From: the human T2T-CHM13v2.0 reference genome, Homo sapiens | Length of the DNA stretch: 64,000 nucleotides | Direction: 5' to 3' (one strand) | Assembly: GCF_009914755.1 (NCBI RefSeq) | Contig: NC_060948.1 | Shown: one piece after another, positions 38,201 through 52,554 of the stretch | Layout of the letters: each line of letters begins with the position of its first letter | How positions within the stretch are numbered: the stretch's first letter is position 1 | The notes under the pieces: model-generated | Seen by the model: only the letters and a program-made list of their open reading frames with translations | Told to the model about the DNA's origin: nothing | Database searches by the model: none | Position numbers and translations under genes: made by a program

Positions 38201-41200
38201 AATATAGTTGCTCATAGTAGCCTCTAATAATCTTTGAATTTCTGCAGTATCAGTTGTAATGTCTCCTTTTTAATTTCTGATTTTATTTATTTGGGTCTCC
38301 TCTTTTTTTTTTTCTTAGTTAGTCTGGCTATAAGTTTGTCAGTTGTGTTTAACTTTTCAAAAAACCAACTTTTTGTTTCATTTATCTTTTCTATTTTTTA
38401 TTTTAATTTCACTTATTTCTGCTCTGATCTTTATTATTTCTTTTCTCCTACTAATTTGGGATTTGGTTTGCTCTGGCTTTTCTATTTATTTAAGGTGTGT
38501 CATTAGAATACTTACTTGGAATTTTTCCTCCTTTTGATGTAGACACTTAACCTATAAACTCCCCTCTTTGGTATTGTTTTTACTGTATCCCTTATCCCAT
38601 ATGTTTTGTTTTCATTATTATTTGTTTCAAGAACTTTTCAATTTCCTTCTTAATTTCTTCATTGAATCACTGGTCATTCAGGAGCATATTGCTTAATTTT
38701 CATTACTTGTATAATTTCAAAAATTCCTCTTGTTATTAATATCTAGTTTTATTGTGGTCAAAGAAGATACTTAATGTTACTTCAATATTTATGAATGTAT
38801 TAAGACTTGTTTTGTGGCTTAAGATATGGTCTATCTTAGAATTATACATGTGCTGAGGAGAAGAATGTGTATTATTCAGCTGTTCAGTAAAATGTTCTGT
38901 AAATATCTATTAGGTCCATTTGTTCTGCAGTGCAGATTTGTCACAAATTTCTTTGTTGATTTTCTGTCTAAAAGGTCTGCCAAATGCTGAAAGTGAGGTA
39001 TTGAAGTCTCCAGCTATTATTGTACTGAGGTCTATCTCTTTCTTTAGCTTTAATAATATTTTCTTTATATATCTTGGTGCTCCACTGTTGGGTCCATGTA
39101 TATTTATAATTGTTATAGTCTCTTGCTGAATTGCCTTTATCATTACATAGTGATCTTCTTTGTATATTCTTACAGTGTTTGTCTTAAAATCTTTTTTGTC
39201 TAATGTAAGTATAGCAACTCCTATTTTTTTTAGTTTCCTTTGGCATGGAATATTTTTTTCCATCCCTTTATTTTTAGTCTACTTTTGTCTTTCCATGTAA
39301 AGTGTGTTTCTTTTAGAACTGATCAATGGGTCTTTTTTAAAATTTATTCAGCCACTCTATGTCTTTTGATTGGAGAGTTTAGTCCATTTACATTTAATGT
39401 TATTATTAATAAGAAAGAACTTACTCCTGCCATTTTGTTATTTGTTTCTGGATGTTTTGTGGTCTTCTCTTCCTTTCTTCTTTTATTCATGTCTTCCTCT
39501 AGTGAAGATATTAATGATATTCTCTGGTGATATGATTGACTTTCTTGCTTTTTATTTTTTGTGTATCTATTGTAGGTCTTTTTGGTTGGAGGTTACAAGG
39601 AGGCTTGCAAACACTATCTTATAACCCATTATTTTAACCTGATAAAAACTTAACATTATTTGCATAAACAAACAAACAGAAAGCTAATAAAACATTACCT
39701 TAACTTTGTTGCCCTGCTTTTTATCTTTTTGATGTTTTTATTTATACCTTACTGTAATGACTATGTCTTGAAAAGGTGCTGTAGTTATTATTTTTGATTG
39801 GTTCATTGTTCAGTCTTTCTAGTTAGCCTAAGAGTAGTTTACACACCACAGTTACAGACTTGTAATAGGCTATACTTGTTTGTGTACCTACTATTACCAG
39901 GAAGTTTTGTAGCTTCAGATGATTATTTATTGCTAATTAGTGATTTTTTTTCTTTCTGATCAAAGTACTCCCCTTAGCATTTCTTGTAGAATGTGTGTGG
40001 TGTTGACAAAATCTTTCAGATTTGTCTATCTGGGAAAATCTTTATTTATTTTTCATGTTTCAAGAATATTTTCACCAGATATACTATTCTAAGATAGAAT
40101 ATTATTTTTTCTTTAACACTTTAAATATGTTATGTCACTCTCTCCTGGCCTGTGAGGTTTCCAATAAAAAAGTCAGCTGTCCTGCTGCCAGATTTGTTGG
40201 AGCTCCATTATATGTCATTTGTTTCTTTTCTCTTGCTGCTTTTAGGATCCTTGACCTTCAGGAGTCTATTAAATTTCTTGAGGTAGTATTGTTTGTGTTA
40301 AATCTGCTTGGTGTTTTATGACCTTCTTGTACTTGGATATTGATATCTTTCTCTAGTTTTGGGACATTCTCTGTTATTATCTCTTTGAATAAACTTTCTA
40401 CCCTACCTTTTTCTCTATCTCCACTTTAAGGCCAATAACTCTTAGATTTGCCTGTTTGAGGCACTTTTCTAGATTCTGTAGCGGTGCTTCATTTTTTTAT
40501 TTTGTTTGTTTTGTTCTTGTTTTGTCTCATCTGACTGTGTGTTTTCAAATAGCTTGTCTTCAAGCTTAATAATTCTGTCTTCTGCTTTTTCCATTCTTCT
40601 ATTAAAGGACTCTGATGCATTCTTCAGTATGCCAATTACATTTTTTCAGCTACAGAATTTCTGCTTTTTTTAAAAAAATATTTGAATCTATTTGTTAAAT
40701 ATATCTGATAGAAATCTGAATTCCTTCTCTGTGTTATGTTGAATCTCTTTGAGTTTCCTTAACACAGTTATTTTGAATTCTTTTCTGAAAAGTCACATAT
40801 CTCTATTTCTCGAGGATTGTTCCCCAGTGCCTTATTTAGTTCAATTGTTGCAGTCTTGTTTTCCTGGATGGTATTGTTGCTAGTAGATGTTTCTTCGGTG
40901 TTTGGACATTGAGGAACTATTTCTTGTAGTCTTCACTGTTTGGGCTTACTTGTAGCCATCCTTCTTGGGAAGGCTTAAGTTATTTGAAAGAACTTGGATG
41001 TTTTTATCTAAGCTGTTTCTGCTTTGGGGGCATTCCAAGCTAAGTGATGCTGTGGTTCTTGCAGACCCATAGAGATGCTGCCTTGATCATCTTGGAACAG
41101 ATCAGAAAGAATTCTCTGAATTATTAAGCAGAGACTCTTGTTCTTTTCCCTTACTTTCTCCCAAACATACAGAGTCTCTGCCTCTGTTGTGAGCCCCCAA

Positions 41201-42906
41201 AGCTGGGGGTGGAGTGACACAAGCATCCCTGTGCCCAACACCACAATGACTGTGCTGGGTCTTGCCCAAGGCCTGCTGTAACCACCCCCTGGCTACTGCC
41301 TATGTTTGCTGAAGGCGCTGGGACTCTATAATCAGCAGGTGGCAAAGCCATCCAAGCCTGTGTCATTCCCTTCAGAGGTCCCCAAGACCCAGGTGAGTTC
41401 AGAAGTGCCATTTCAAAGTCAGGGTCTAGAGTCAAAAACCTTAGTAGTGTACCTGGTATTCTATTGTATTGCAGCTGAGGTGGCATTCAAACCACAAGAC
41501 GCAGTTCTTCCCACTCTTTCCTCCCCTTTCCAAAGGCAGAGGAGCCTCACCCTGTATCCACTGCCACCTCTGATAAAGAGGAGTACTGACAGAGTACCAC
41601 TGATGTTTTCTTAAGGCCCAAGGCCTCTTAAGTCAATTTGTGGTGACTGCCCGGCATGGAGCTCACCCTTTAGGGAAGTGGGATGCCCTCTGTCCCGGGG
41701 AAAATCCAGAAATGCCATCTAAGAGTAAAGCTATAGAATCAGAGACCCCAAGAGACTATTCAGTACTTCCTGTGGCATTGTTGGTTCCTAAGATGCAAGA
41801 CAAAGTTCCGTTTACTATTTTGTCTGCTTTCCTCAAGCAAAAGTTTTGCCCCATAGCCACCATAGCTGGTAATGTGCTGAGTCTCACCTGATGCCAGCAA
41901 ATCTCAGAGGCTCACCAAGATATTTGATATAGTACCTGGATATAGCTACTGGTTATTCAGGGCCCAAGGGCTCTTCAGTTATCCATTGATAAATGCTGGC
42001 AGGACTGTGTTCTTTTTTCAAAGCAGTGGGTTCCCTTCTGCCCTGGGGTGTGTCTAGAAATGATACCTCTGAGCTAGGGCCTGGAATAGGGGCCTCTTGA
42101 TTCTTACTGGTGCCCTATCCTGCTGTGGCTGAGCTGGTGTCCAAGATGCAAGACAAAGTCCTCCCCACTCTTCTCTCTGCTCTCCACGTGCAGAAGGGAG
42201 AGATATCTTTTATAACCATGAGCTGTGTAGCCTGAGATTAGGGGAGGGGTGTTGGCAGTCCTTCCTTGGCTGCCCCAGCTGGTGTCTCAGTATGTCACAA
42301 TATTCCGCAGTCCACTGTCTGTGGGTCTAATTCAGCCCTAGGACTCATCTAAGAGTTGCAGTCGTTATGGCCTAGACTGTCTTTCAAATTTTCTTAGACA
42401 CTGATAACACTTTGGCCCTTGGTGGTGAGGTTTGCAGGGTCTCATGTTCAGACCACTAGGATTGGCAATTCTCCTCTTGCTAGGGCTGGTTTAAGTGTCC
42501 CCTCTGTGGGTGGGCATTACTCTGAGGTTTTTTTTGTTTCGTGGTTTTTATTTTTATTTAATTAATTAATTAATTCATTTATTTGTTTGCTGCAACAGGA
42601 CAACATTCAGTTTAATTCCTCACATTTGCTGTGTAATCCCTCCCCCAGCACCGAGAGATGCTCTCTTCACCAAGCTACGGCTACTTGGTGTAAGACTGCG
42701 ATGACATTGGTGATTCAGGACTGTTTTTCTCTCCGTTCAGTGCCTCATTCAGTGATATGAAGTTAAAACCAAGTACTGTGAGTGCTTACCTGATTTTTGG
42801 TTCTTATTAAGGTGTTTTTTCTGCGTAAATAGTTGTTAACTTGGTGTCCCTGCAAGGGGGACAATTGCTGGAGGTTTCTATTTTGCCATCTTGATCCCAA
42901 TCTCCT
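35297..42906 (-). mobile_element. Near full-length L1MA-type element (3'UTR, decayed ORF2, ORF1, long 5'UTR)
   Basis: Continuous antisense L1; ORF2 remnants (36803-36988 [22 protein letters not shown]; 38910-39263 endonuclease TIIAGDFNT); 5' end CAAGATGGC; candidate TSD TAATTAAGTTTAA (35284-35296) / TAATTAATTTTAA (42907-42919). Confidence 0.9.
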
Positions 42907-43199
42907 TAATTAATTTTAATTTAATTCCCCCTTCTGGCTTCTTAGCAATTTTTCTATACTTTTAGTGCCCCAAGGTGTTCTTTTTTTTTTGTACGAGAAA
43001 TATGTCACACCTTTGTCATCAATTTATCCATCTTTTCCTCATCAAAATAAACATTTGTTTAGTGCCCACTCTGCCTCATACTGTATGATAACCTCTTGAC
43101 ATACAGTGATACGCAAGAGCAACAGGTCCATTTTATTTTATAGAGCTTATATTCCAATAAAATAAACAAAAAATAAATGAGCAACAAATAAATAAATAG

Positions 43200-44234
43200 G
43201 ATAAATGCTTTCCAGGTCTTTATCCCATGGTCTTGGCTATTAGTTTTTTGCTCCCTTATAGTTATGAAAATTTCTCTAGCAAGTGCTTTCTCTGAAGCCT
43301 GCATGAATGCTTCTCCCCCCAAAAAAGCTTTTCCTTTCTTTGTTACATGGCCTGGTGGTAAATTTTCCAAATGTTTTTGTTGCAAATATACATTTGTAAA
43401 CATAAATTTCAAATTTAAGCCATTTTTTTAATGCATTTGAGCATAGGCTGTTAGAAGCAGCTAGGCCACATCTTGAATGCTTTGCTGCTTAGAAATTTCT
43501 TCTGCCTCATACCCTAGGTAATCACTCTCAAGTTCAAACTTCCACTGATCCCTGGGTCATTAACAGAATGTCACCAAGCTCTTTGCTAAGGCAGACCTTT
43601 GCTCTAGTTTCCTATAAGTTCCTCATTTCCATCTGAGACCCTGCCAGCCGAGAATTCACTGTCCATATCACTATCAACAGTTTGTTTCCAATCATGTAAC
43701 CAGTCCTTAAGAAGTTCCAAACTTTATCTCATTTTCTTTTTTTCTCCCGAGGCCTCATAACTCTTCCAACTTCTGCCTGTTATCCAGTTCTAAAGCTCCT
43801 TCCACATTTTCAGGTATCTTTTGGTACCAGTTTTCTTTAGTAGGCCATGTTTACATTGCCATAAAGGAATACTTGAGACTGGGTAATTTAAAGAAAAGAG
43901 ATGTAATTGGCTCACATTTTTTGCAGGCTGTACAGAAAGCATAGTGGAAGCATCTTCTCAGCTTCTGGGAAGGCCTAGAGAGCTTTTACTCATAGTGGAA
44001 GGTAAAGCAGGGCAGGCATGTCATATGGTGAAAACAGGATCAAGAGGGAGTTGGAGAGGAGGTGCCATATACTGTCAACCAACCAGATATCAAGAGAACT
44101 TGCTATTGTGAGGACAGCACCAAGCCAGGGTGGATCCCTCCTCATGACCCAAACACCTCTTGCCAGGCCGCACATTTACACTGAGTATTATCATTTAACC
44201 TGATTAGGCAGGCACATATATTCAAACTACATTA
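43200..44234 (-). mobile_element. MST MaLR: partial internal region plus LTR (~43836-44234)
   Basis: TGCTTTGCTGCTTAGAAATTTC, CATCTGAGACC, then LTR motif GAGACTGGGTAATTTAAAG. Confidence 0.85.
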
Positions 44235-45471
44235 TCTACCTAGTATTTCTAAGACCCCAAATTAGAATAAGAAGTTTTTAGTTTTAATTCATCTCACAGA
44301 GCACTTTGTCTCATTAATTCTACAGATCTAAGGAAAGACATAGAATTTCATATTTCAAATAATAGGTATCTTTCAGTCAGGATGGTTTTTCTTAAAGGAG
44401 TAAACATTCCTGCCCTTTGAAAAACAGCAAGACTCCCTTTATCTTCCTGTGACATTGCTTTCGATGGCTTGAAAATCTCTGTGGCATAAAAGTGGAAATG
44501 TGTTGTAGATAATGATCCATGAAAAGTGGATTCACTTATTCTTAGTATGCTGCCATATTTTAAAATGTCACATATTTCAAAGTAGTTATTAAAATTTGTC
44601 ATTATCTTTGTAAAAATATACTTAGCCCACTAACACTTGTTTCTCTCTATTACTTCAGGAACAACTTGTGCATTCATAGAAATATAAAATAGTAATCTTA
44701 CATAATGAGATTTATCTCATTCTGACTTGGCCATTGGGAGCTTTGTGCTATTTCCAGTTTTACTTTCTTATGTAATGAGTCGTCAACATTCCTGGAATAC
44801 TTTAATTGTTATTGTTCTGGGTAGGAGGAGAAAATGTTCTAGGAGTGTTTTCATGATTAAAAGAAGTATTTTACATTCATTGAAATTATTTAACACTTTA
44901 ATTTTATGAAATTTTAATATATTTCTTTGCAGGACTTGATACATCAGCAATGTGAATGATCATATAAAATTAAGAGGGTTTGGAAGGCCCAACTGTTTAA
45001 AATTGTTTATGCATCTCTCCATCACCACCACCACTCACAGAAATAACTTCATTAGGTAGTGAAGGCCTTTTGCCTTTTCTCATTTCTAATATATATGTAA
45101 ATATCATTCAGAAGAATCTCAAATACTGCCTATTATTATCTAATAACCTAGCAAGTCTCCTGCTCAATCATGAAGTAATCACTTGAGGAAGTGTTGTGTA
45201 ACCAATATGATAAATAATATGATGCATATATAATAGGAACTAATATCTGAGGACTAAATTGACTAAAATGACTTCAGTTTTGAACAGAAATCCAACAGAA
45301 TACTTTGGCTTGCAATAGACCCATAAAAGGATTTATGATTCTGTACTCGTGATAATTTTAAATTTGGTTTAAACGTTACATATTTTTTACTAATACAAAT
45401 AACACAGATTTACAGCACACAATTTGTTAAATATGGCACTATGCAGAAATATCTATATTTTGCTTTATTTC

Positions 45472-45823
45472 TACTCTAGTCTGAATATGTCCTCCATAAT
45501 TCATATGTTGAAACTTAATCAACAATGTGGTAGTATTAATAGGTGGGTGCTTAAGTTACAAGGTGATTAAGTCACGTGGGTGGAGCCTTCATGCATGGGA
45601 TTGGGGCCCTTACAAAAGGTTTTCAGAGAGTAGATTCTTTTTCCTTTCGCTCTTCCACCTTCTTCCCTTTGGGGACACAGCAAGAAGGTTCTCACAAGAC
45701 GTCAAATAACAGCTCCTTAATACTGGACTTCCCAGTCTCCAGAACTGAAAGAAATGAAGTTCTGTTATTTATAAATTCCTGAGTCTCAGGTATTTTGTTA
45801 TAGAACACAAATGTACTAAGATA
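45472..45823 (+). mobile_element. MLT1A/MSTD-like solo LTR
   Basis: AATTCATATGTTGAAACTTAATC...GGACTTCCCAGTCTCCAGAACTG...GGTATTTTGTTATAG...ACTAAGATA. Confidence 0.85.
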
Positions 45824-46077
45824 GTTCCCTTTTACAAGTAACATACTTCTGTATCTATACACATACAGGTATCCATCACAATCTCAATTCACATTATGTG
45901 AATTTAAGAACTGAAAAGATTTGTAGCATTCCTATATCCATGTTTATCTTTGAAAATCAACATCAGTTTACTAATTGAGGTCTGAAAGACATATACTTTC
46001 TGTTTATTTTATTTAAATGAACTTAATTATACACTAAATTTCCTATTTTTGTAGACCAATAGAAAATTAAACCTCAG

Positions 46078-46398
46078 GGCTGGGCATGATGGCTCACACC
46101 TGTTATCCCAGCACTCTGGGAGGCCAAGGTGAGAAGATCTTTTGAGGTCAGGAGTTTGAGACTAGACTGAAAAATATAACAAAACCCTGTCTCTAAAAAT
46201 AAAAATGTCAAAAGTTAGCTAGGTGTGGTGGCACAAACCCGTAGTCTGAATTATTCAGGTGCCTGAGGCAGGAGAATTGCTTTGGTTTAGAAGTTTGAGG
46301 TTGCAGTGAGCTATGATTCGGCCACTTCAATCCAGCCTGGATGACAGAGCAAGACTATGACTTTAAAAAACAAGAGAGGGAAAAATAAAAATAAAAAT
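46078..46398 (+). mobile_element. Alu (AluJ-like)
   Basis: GGCTGGGCATGATGGCTCACACCTG...GAGGTTGCAGTGAGCTATGAT...A-rich tail. Confidence 0.95.
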
Positions 46399-47737
46399 AT
46401 ATCTCATTCTTTCCTGAGGATATCTTACCAAGGTTGTATGTCTCTGCACAATCCGCACATAGAGTTTTATGTTTTTGTAGTCATATCAAACAATCTTATA
46501 TTTTATTAGTTTTATTTTTAGTGTTTTGCATAAAAATAACCACTCCCAAAAAGATAATATGCATTTGTATTTGATGCAGGTCATATATAAAACATATCAT
46601 TATATTAAATAATTATACTTCGTTCTATAATAGTTCTGGACACTCTGTTTTGTTTAATCTTTCTATATATCCTTGATCATCTTGTTTAATGGTACATTTT
46701 CAGAACTCTTGACACAACCATCATTAAATACGTTTCTATATAAACATTTTCTTTGTTGTTATTCTATTTATGGTTTCCAGAAAACTTGGGAATTATATTT
46801 GCAAGTTTTTAAATAAAATTACTCAATTTGAAGTATATTATAATAATTGTATTTAGGCAAGAATTGACATCATAATATGCAGTTTTCACTCAGGAACTTA
46901 GAAGGACTCTCAATTTTATTTTTATAGTACTTACATATTTATAGTTAATTATATTATAAAATGTTCACATTTGCAATAAAATGTCAATGATATTTTTATA
47001 ATTACACTCTCTAAAGAATTTATTTTATATACAGAATTGTATTTTTTGTATTTATGCATAACTTTCTAATTAGACTCATACTTCAAATAGATTTTGTCAT
47101 CTCTCATATTATAAATATAACAATTAATCATCTCATGTTATTTTTGTCCACTTGGTTGATGTTGTTTGTGGGTTTCTGCTAGTGGTGTGGGGGATATTTC
47201 CCATAATCCAGAATGATATTTCTTTGGCCCAGCTTCAAACATGCAGGAAAATGAACGACAAAATAGAAAGAATCAGGTTCTCTAAATTAATGCATAAACA
47301 AAGTGCATAATCAATATGAACATTACACTTCCACATGTTTGGATGACACTGTAACATTTTCAAGTGGTTGTATTAGGGCACAAATTTTTATCCCTATAAA
47401 AATATAATTATCTCGAGCCACTTGATTATCCCCAGTGACATAAATTACATTCTATGAGCAATTATATTTTTAATAAATATTAAAATTAATTATCAATATA
47501 GTGATCTGCTTCCAGCAGGTATGCTAATTCCTAGAATATTCAAGTATGCCAATTTTCCTGAATCTACTTTAGCAAAGTAAATTTTCTGAGAAAATTGTAC
47601 ACAGATTTCCCAGTTTACATAACAATTTTATAATACTACTATTGTTAATAATCCTCTTGTTTACCTATAGTTTACTGTTTTCATCCCTGATATTGTAAAT
47701 TGTTTCTTCATATAAAATTGACAAGATATTTAGCTGT

Positions 47738-50021
47738 TGTATTAGTCCATTCTCACGCTGCTATAAAGAACTGCCTGAGACTGGGTAATTTATAAAGAAA
47801 GGGTGTTTAATTGATTCACAGTTCCAGAAGGCTGGGGAAGCCTCAGGTAACTTACAATCATGTTAGAAGGGGAAGCAAACACATCCTTCTTCACGTGGCA
47901 ACAGGAAAAAGAAGTGCTGAGCAAAAGAAGAAAAACCCTTCATAAAACCATTGGATCTTGTGAGAAGTCACTCAGTATCACAAGAACAGCATGGAGGTAA
48001 GTGCCCCCATGATTCAATTATCTGCCACTGACATGTGAAGATTATGAGAACTACAATTCAAGATGAGATTTGAGTGGGGACACCATCAAACCATATCATT
48101 CTGTCCTTGGCTCCTTCCAAGTCTTATGTCTTCACATTTCAAAACACAATCATGCCTTTCCAATAGTCCACTAACCCGAATGTCCAAGTCCAAAGTCTCA
48201 CATGAGACAAAACAATTTACTTCTGCCTTTGAGCCTGTAAAATCAAAAGCATGTTAGTTGCTTCCTAGATAAAATAGGAATACAGGAATTGGGTAAATAT
48301 ACCCATTACAAATGGGAGAAAGTGGCCAAAGTGAAGGGTCCACAGGCCCCAATGCAAGTCCAAAATCCAGTGGGACAGGCAAATCTTAAAACTCCAAAAT
48401 GATCTTCTTTGACTCAATGTCTCACATCCAGGTCACACTAAGGCAAGAGGTTGGCTCCCACAGCCTTGGGCAGCTCTGCCCCTGTGGCTTTGCAGGGCAC
48501 ATCTCCCCTCCCAGCTGCTTTCACAAGCTGGCATTGAGTGTCTTTGGCTTTTCCAGGCACACAGTGCAAGCTGTCGGTGGATCTACCATTCTGCAATCTA
48601 GAGGATGATGGCCATCTTCTCCAGTAGGTAGTGTCCCAGTGAGGACTCTATGTCGGGGCTCCAACCCCTACATTTTTCTTCCACACTGCCCTAGCAGAGG
48701 TTCTCCATGAGGGCTCTGCTCCTCAAGTAAACTTCTGCCTAGATATCCAGGCATTTCCATACATCCTCTGAAATCTAGGTGGGGGTTCCCAAACCTTAAT
48801 TCTTGTCTTCTGTACACTCACAGGCCCAACACCAAGTGTAAGCCACCAAGGCTTGAGGCTTGCACCATCTGAAACAACAGCCTGAGCTGTACCTTGGCCC
48901 CTTGTAGCCACGGCTGAGATGCAGGGCACCAAGTCCCAAAGCTTCACAAAGCAGCAAGGCCCTGGACCCAGCCCATGAAACCATTCTTTCCTTCTAGGCC
49001 TCCAGGCCTGTGATTGGAGGGGCTGCCATGAAGGTCTCTTACATGCCTCAGAAACATTTTCCCCATTGTCTTGGCAATTAGCATTTGGCTCCTCATTACA
49101 TAAGCAAATTTTTGCAGCCAGATTGAATTTCTCCTCAGAAATAGGGTTTTCTTTTCTATTGCATTGTCAGGCTGCAAATTGTCCGAACTTTTATGCTCTA
49201 CTTTCTCTTGAATGCTTTGCTGCTTATAAGTTTCTTCCACAAGATACCCTAAGCCATCTTTCTCAAAGTCAAAATTCCATAGAACTGTAAGGCAGGGGCC
49301 AAATGCCACCAGTCTCTTTACATAGCAGGAATGACCTTTACTCCAGTTCCCAACAAGTTTCTCATCTCCATCTGAGACCACCTCAGACTGGACTTTATTG
49401 TCCATATCAGTATAATCATTTGGTCAAAGCCACTCAACAAGTCTACAGGAATTTCCAAACTTTCCCACATCTTTCTGTCTTCTAAGTCCTCCAAGTGTCT
49501 AGGAACTTCCAAACTTTCCCACATTTTTCTGTCTTCTTCTAAGGTAACAAAACTATTCCAACCTCTGCCTGTTACCCAGTTTCGAAATCTCTTCCAAATT
49601 TTCAGGTATTTTTATAGCAGCACTCCACTCTCTGTGGTACCAATTTACTGTATTAGGCTGTTCTCCCACTGCCATAAAAAAAATGTCTGAGACTGGGTAA
49701 TTTATAAAGGAAAGAGGTTTAATTGACTCACAGTTTCAGGGCTGGAGAGGCCTCAGGAAACTTACAATCATGGCAGAAGGGGAAGCAAATGCATCCTTCT
49801 TCACATGGAGGCAGGAAGGAGAAATACTGAGCAAAAGTGGAAAAGCCCCTTATAAAACCATCAGATCTCATGTGAACTCACTCACTATCACAAGAACAGT
49901 GTGAAGGTAACCACCCTCATGATTCAATTACCTTCCCCTAGGTCACTCCTATGCCAGTTGGGGATTATGGGAACTACAATTCAAGATGAGATTTGGGTGG
50001 GGACACAGCCAAACCATATCA
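47738..50021 (-). mobile_element. THE1 MaLR provirus: LTR (47738-48098), internal region, LTR (49649-50021), perfect TSD
   Basis: GCTGT at 47733-47737 and 50022-50026; two LTRs and MaLR-internal ORF remnants. Confidence 0.97.
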
Positions 50022-51719
50022 GCTGTGTATTTGATTTTTTTCATAATATACTTTGGATTATTATAATCTGCAGTTTGGCTTCTACTGTTATCTATTTTCT
50101 TATTTTGTTAGATATACTAATCATTTCTTACATTACCTTTTACTGTATTTTACTGTTATAATCTGAGCTCTTGAATTTAATATTTTATTTAGTTTCATAC
50201 TTTGTTGACATAATGAAAAGATGTAAATCTGTGAATTTCCTTATGGGCAAAATTTTGATTTTGTCTTATATATTTTGATATTCACTGTTATGACTATTTT
50301 TTAAAGCAATACATTTAAGCAAGTAATTTTGGAGATTGTTTTCAAATTTGTTGCTTATTTATTTAGTTTTGTTATTAGTTTCAAGATGTATTGTATTGTG
50401 TTCATTAAGTGTCCTTCATAACCTTTCTGTATTATTGTATTTTACTATAAGCTTGGTAAAAAGTAACTATTAGTATATACCCTTTAAGTATATATATAAA
50501 ATTTATGGTTTGTGGGTAGGCTGTTTGACTTTAATCTATATCATATACTATTCTAAGATCACCTCTGAAATATTATTTTTATAATTTTTCTGTAAAAAAA
50601 GTAATCTGAAATTTACATTTTTATATAATTATAATTAGGCATTCAAATTTATAATTGTAACATAGATTATATCTAGGTTTGCTATCAACATTTTTGAAAT
50701 AAATCAACCTTCATCTAATAAATTTAAATTCTAATATTTTAATATATTTATTATATATTGTAATTTTTGTAAGCTATCCAATGATCCGCACATGTATTTA
50801 TCTATCCATTTCAGCAAAAAAAAGAGAGAAGACACAAGTAGCATTGGCATCTTTTATTGATCGAAGTCAATACTTCATAAAATCAATGAGTACCATTCAT
50901 TAGTGTGTCTATGCATATCTGCAATTATGTCTTTGTGTAGATGTTTGTTGCCTTATTTTATATTTTATTTGCTCAAAATATATAAGTGAATCATTTTTGC
51001 ACCTAGAAAACATCTTAAAAACATAGTTGAGCATTCATTGTGAAACCTATAAGAATTAGGAGTTGGGGCATTGTAAAGTAGAAATGGACAAAAGAAAAAA
51101 AGAACTAACAAGCTGTCTCAAATATGAAATTTTACAAAAGGTAGAGAAAGTGTTGCCTGGGCATTTCCTGATTGTATGGCTCTCATTTATGAACTTCTTG
51201 ATGCTTAGTGTGCACTTCACAATTTAGAATTTGGTTACATTTGAGCCATGCTTGCATGTATTTTTATGAACTCTCCAGACATTGCATCTTGTGGAGTGGT
51301 ATTTTTGCCAACATATTAACTTCCAACATCCAGTGCTGTTGTAATTATTTGTAATTTAGGATTGGTATACAGAACGTTTACAATAAAGTTAACTATATAT
51401 TAAACTAATTATTAAATAATACATATTTCAAATGTAAAACACATAACACCTTAATGTGGAAGCTGAAATTTCTTCTTTTGTAATTTCCTATCTAAATGAA
51501 CATCACCCCATGTATGATTTTAATGGAATGAGTTACCCTCTGGATTCTCCTTTTCATTCCTACATTTGTTGGTGTTAAATTTAATCATTCTGTAAAAGTT
51601 AACATTATTTTTATATGTATGTTTGGACCCCTGGGTTATCATAAAATATGATATTCACATTTTATAACTTTTTGCAAATCAAACACATACTTTCATTCCT
51701 TTTATACAAGGTTATTTGC

Positions 51720-52027
51720 ATTTTCTTTCTTCTTTTTTTTTGAGACAGGGCTTCACTCTTTTGCCTAGGCTGGACTATAGTGGCATGGTCTTGGCTCACT
51801 GCTACCTCCACCTCCCAGGCTCAAGCAATCCTCCCACCTCAGCCTAATAGGTAGCTGGGACAACAGGCATGAACAACCAACCACTCCTGGATAATTTTTG
51901 TAGTTTTTTTGTAGAGACAAGGTTTTACTATATTGTTAAAGCTGGCCGTGGACTCCTGGACTCAAGCAATTAACCTGCCTTGGCCTCTCAAAGCACTGGG
52001 ATTACAGACATGAGCCACTGTGCCCAG
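51720..52027 (-). mobile_element. Alu (AluJ-like)
   Basis: poly-T, GAGACAGGG...GGCTCAAGCAATCCTCCCACCTCAGCC...GAGCCACTGTGCCCAG. Confidence 0.95.
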
Positions 52028-52040
52028 AAGTTTATTTCCA

Positions 52041-52339
52041 TTTTCCTTTTTTTGAAATGGAGTTTTGCACTTGTTGCCCAGGCTGGAGTGCAATGGCACA
52101 ATCTCAGCTCACTGAAACCTCCGCCTTCTAGGTTCAAGCGTTTCTTCTGCCTCAGCCTCCTGAGTAGCTGGGATTACAGGCATGTGCCACCACGCCTGAC
52201 TAATTTTGTATTTTTTTTTAGTACAGATGGGGTTTCTCCATGTTGGTCAGGCTGGTCTCAACCTCCGAACCTCAGGTGATCTTCCTACCTTGGCCTCCCA
52301 AAGTTCTGGGATTACAGGCGTGAGACACCGCCTCCAGCC
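52041..52339 (-). mobile_element. Alu (AluS-like), tandem with the previous Alu
   Basis: ATGGAGTTTTGCACTTGTTGCCCAGGCTGGAGTGCAATGG...ACCTCAGGTGATC. Confidence 0.96.
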
Positions 52340-52554
52340 TTATGTGCATTTTCCTTGTGTATTCTGTCATAGTGGTAAATCTCCTCAAGTTCCTAAAAGT
52401 TTTCCTCCCTGTTGCAGAGCAGCAATTTTTGGTCTTCATTGATATATATATTTTTTCTAAAATAGTTTCTTGAGTATTGTTGTCTTGCATCTCTGCTGGT
52501 GATCCTCTCTGGCTAATTTGTCCTCTAATTTATTAGAATAAGCTAAAATATAGT

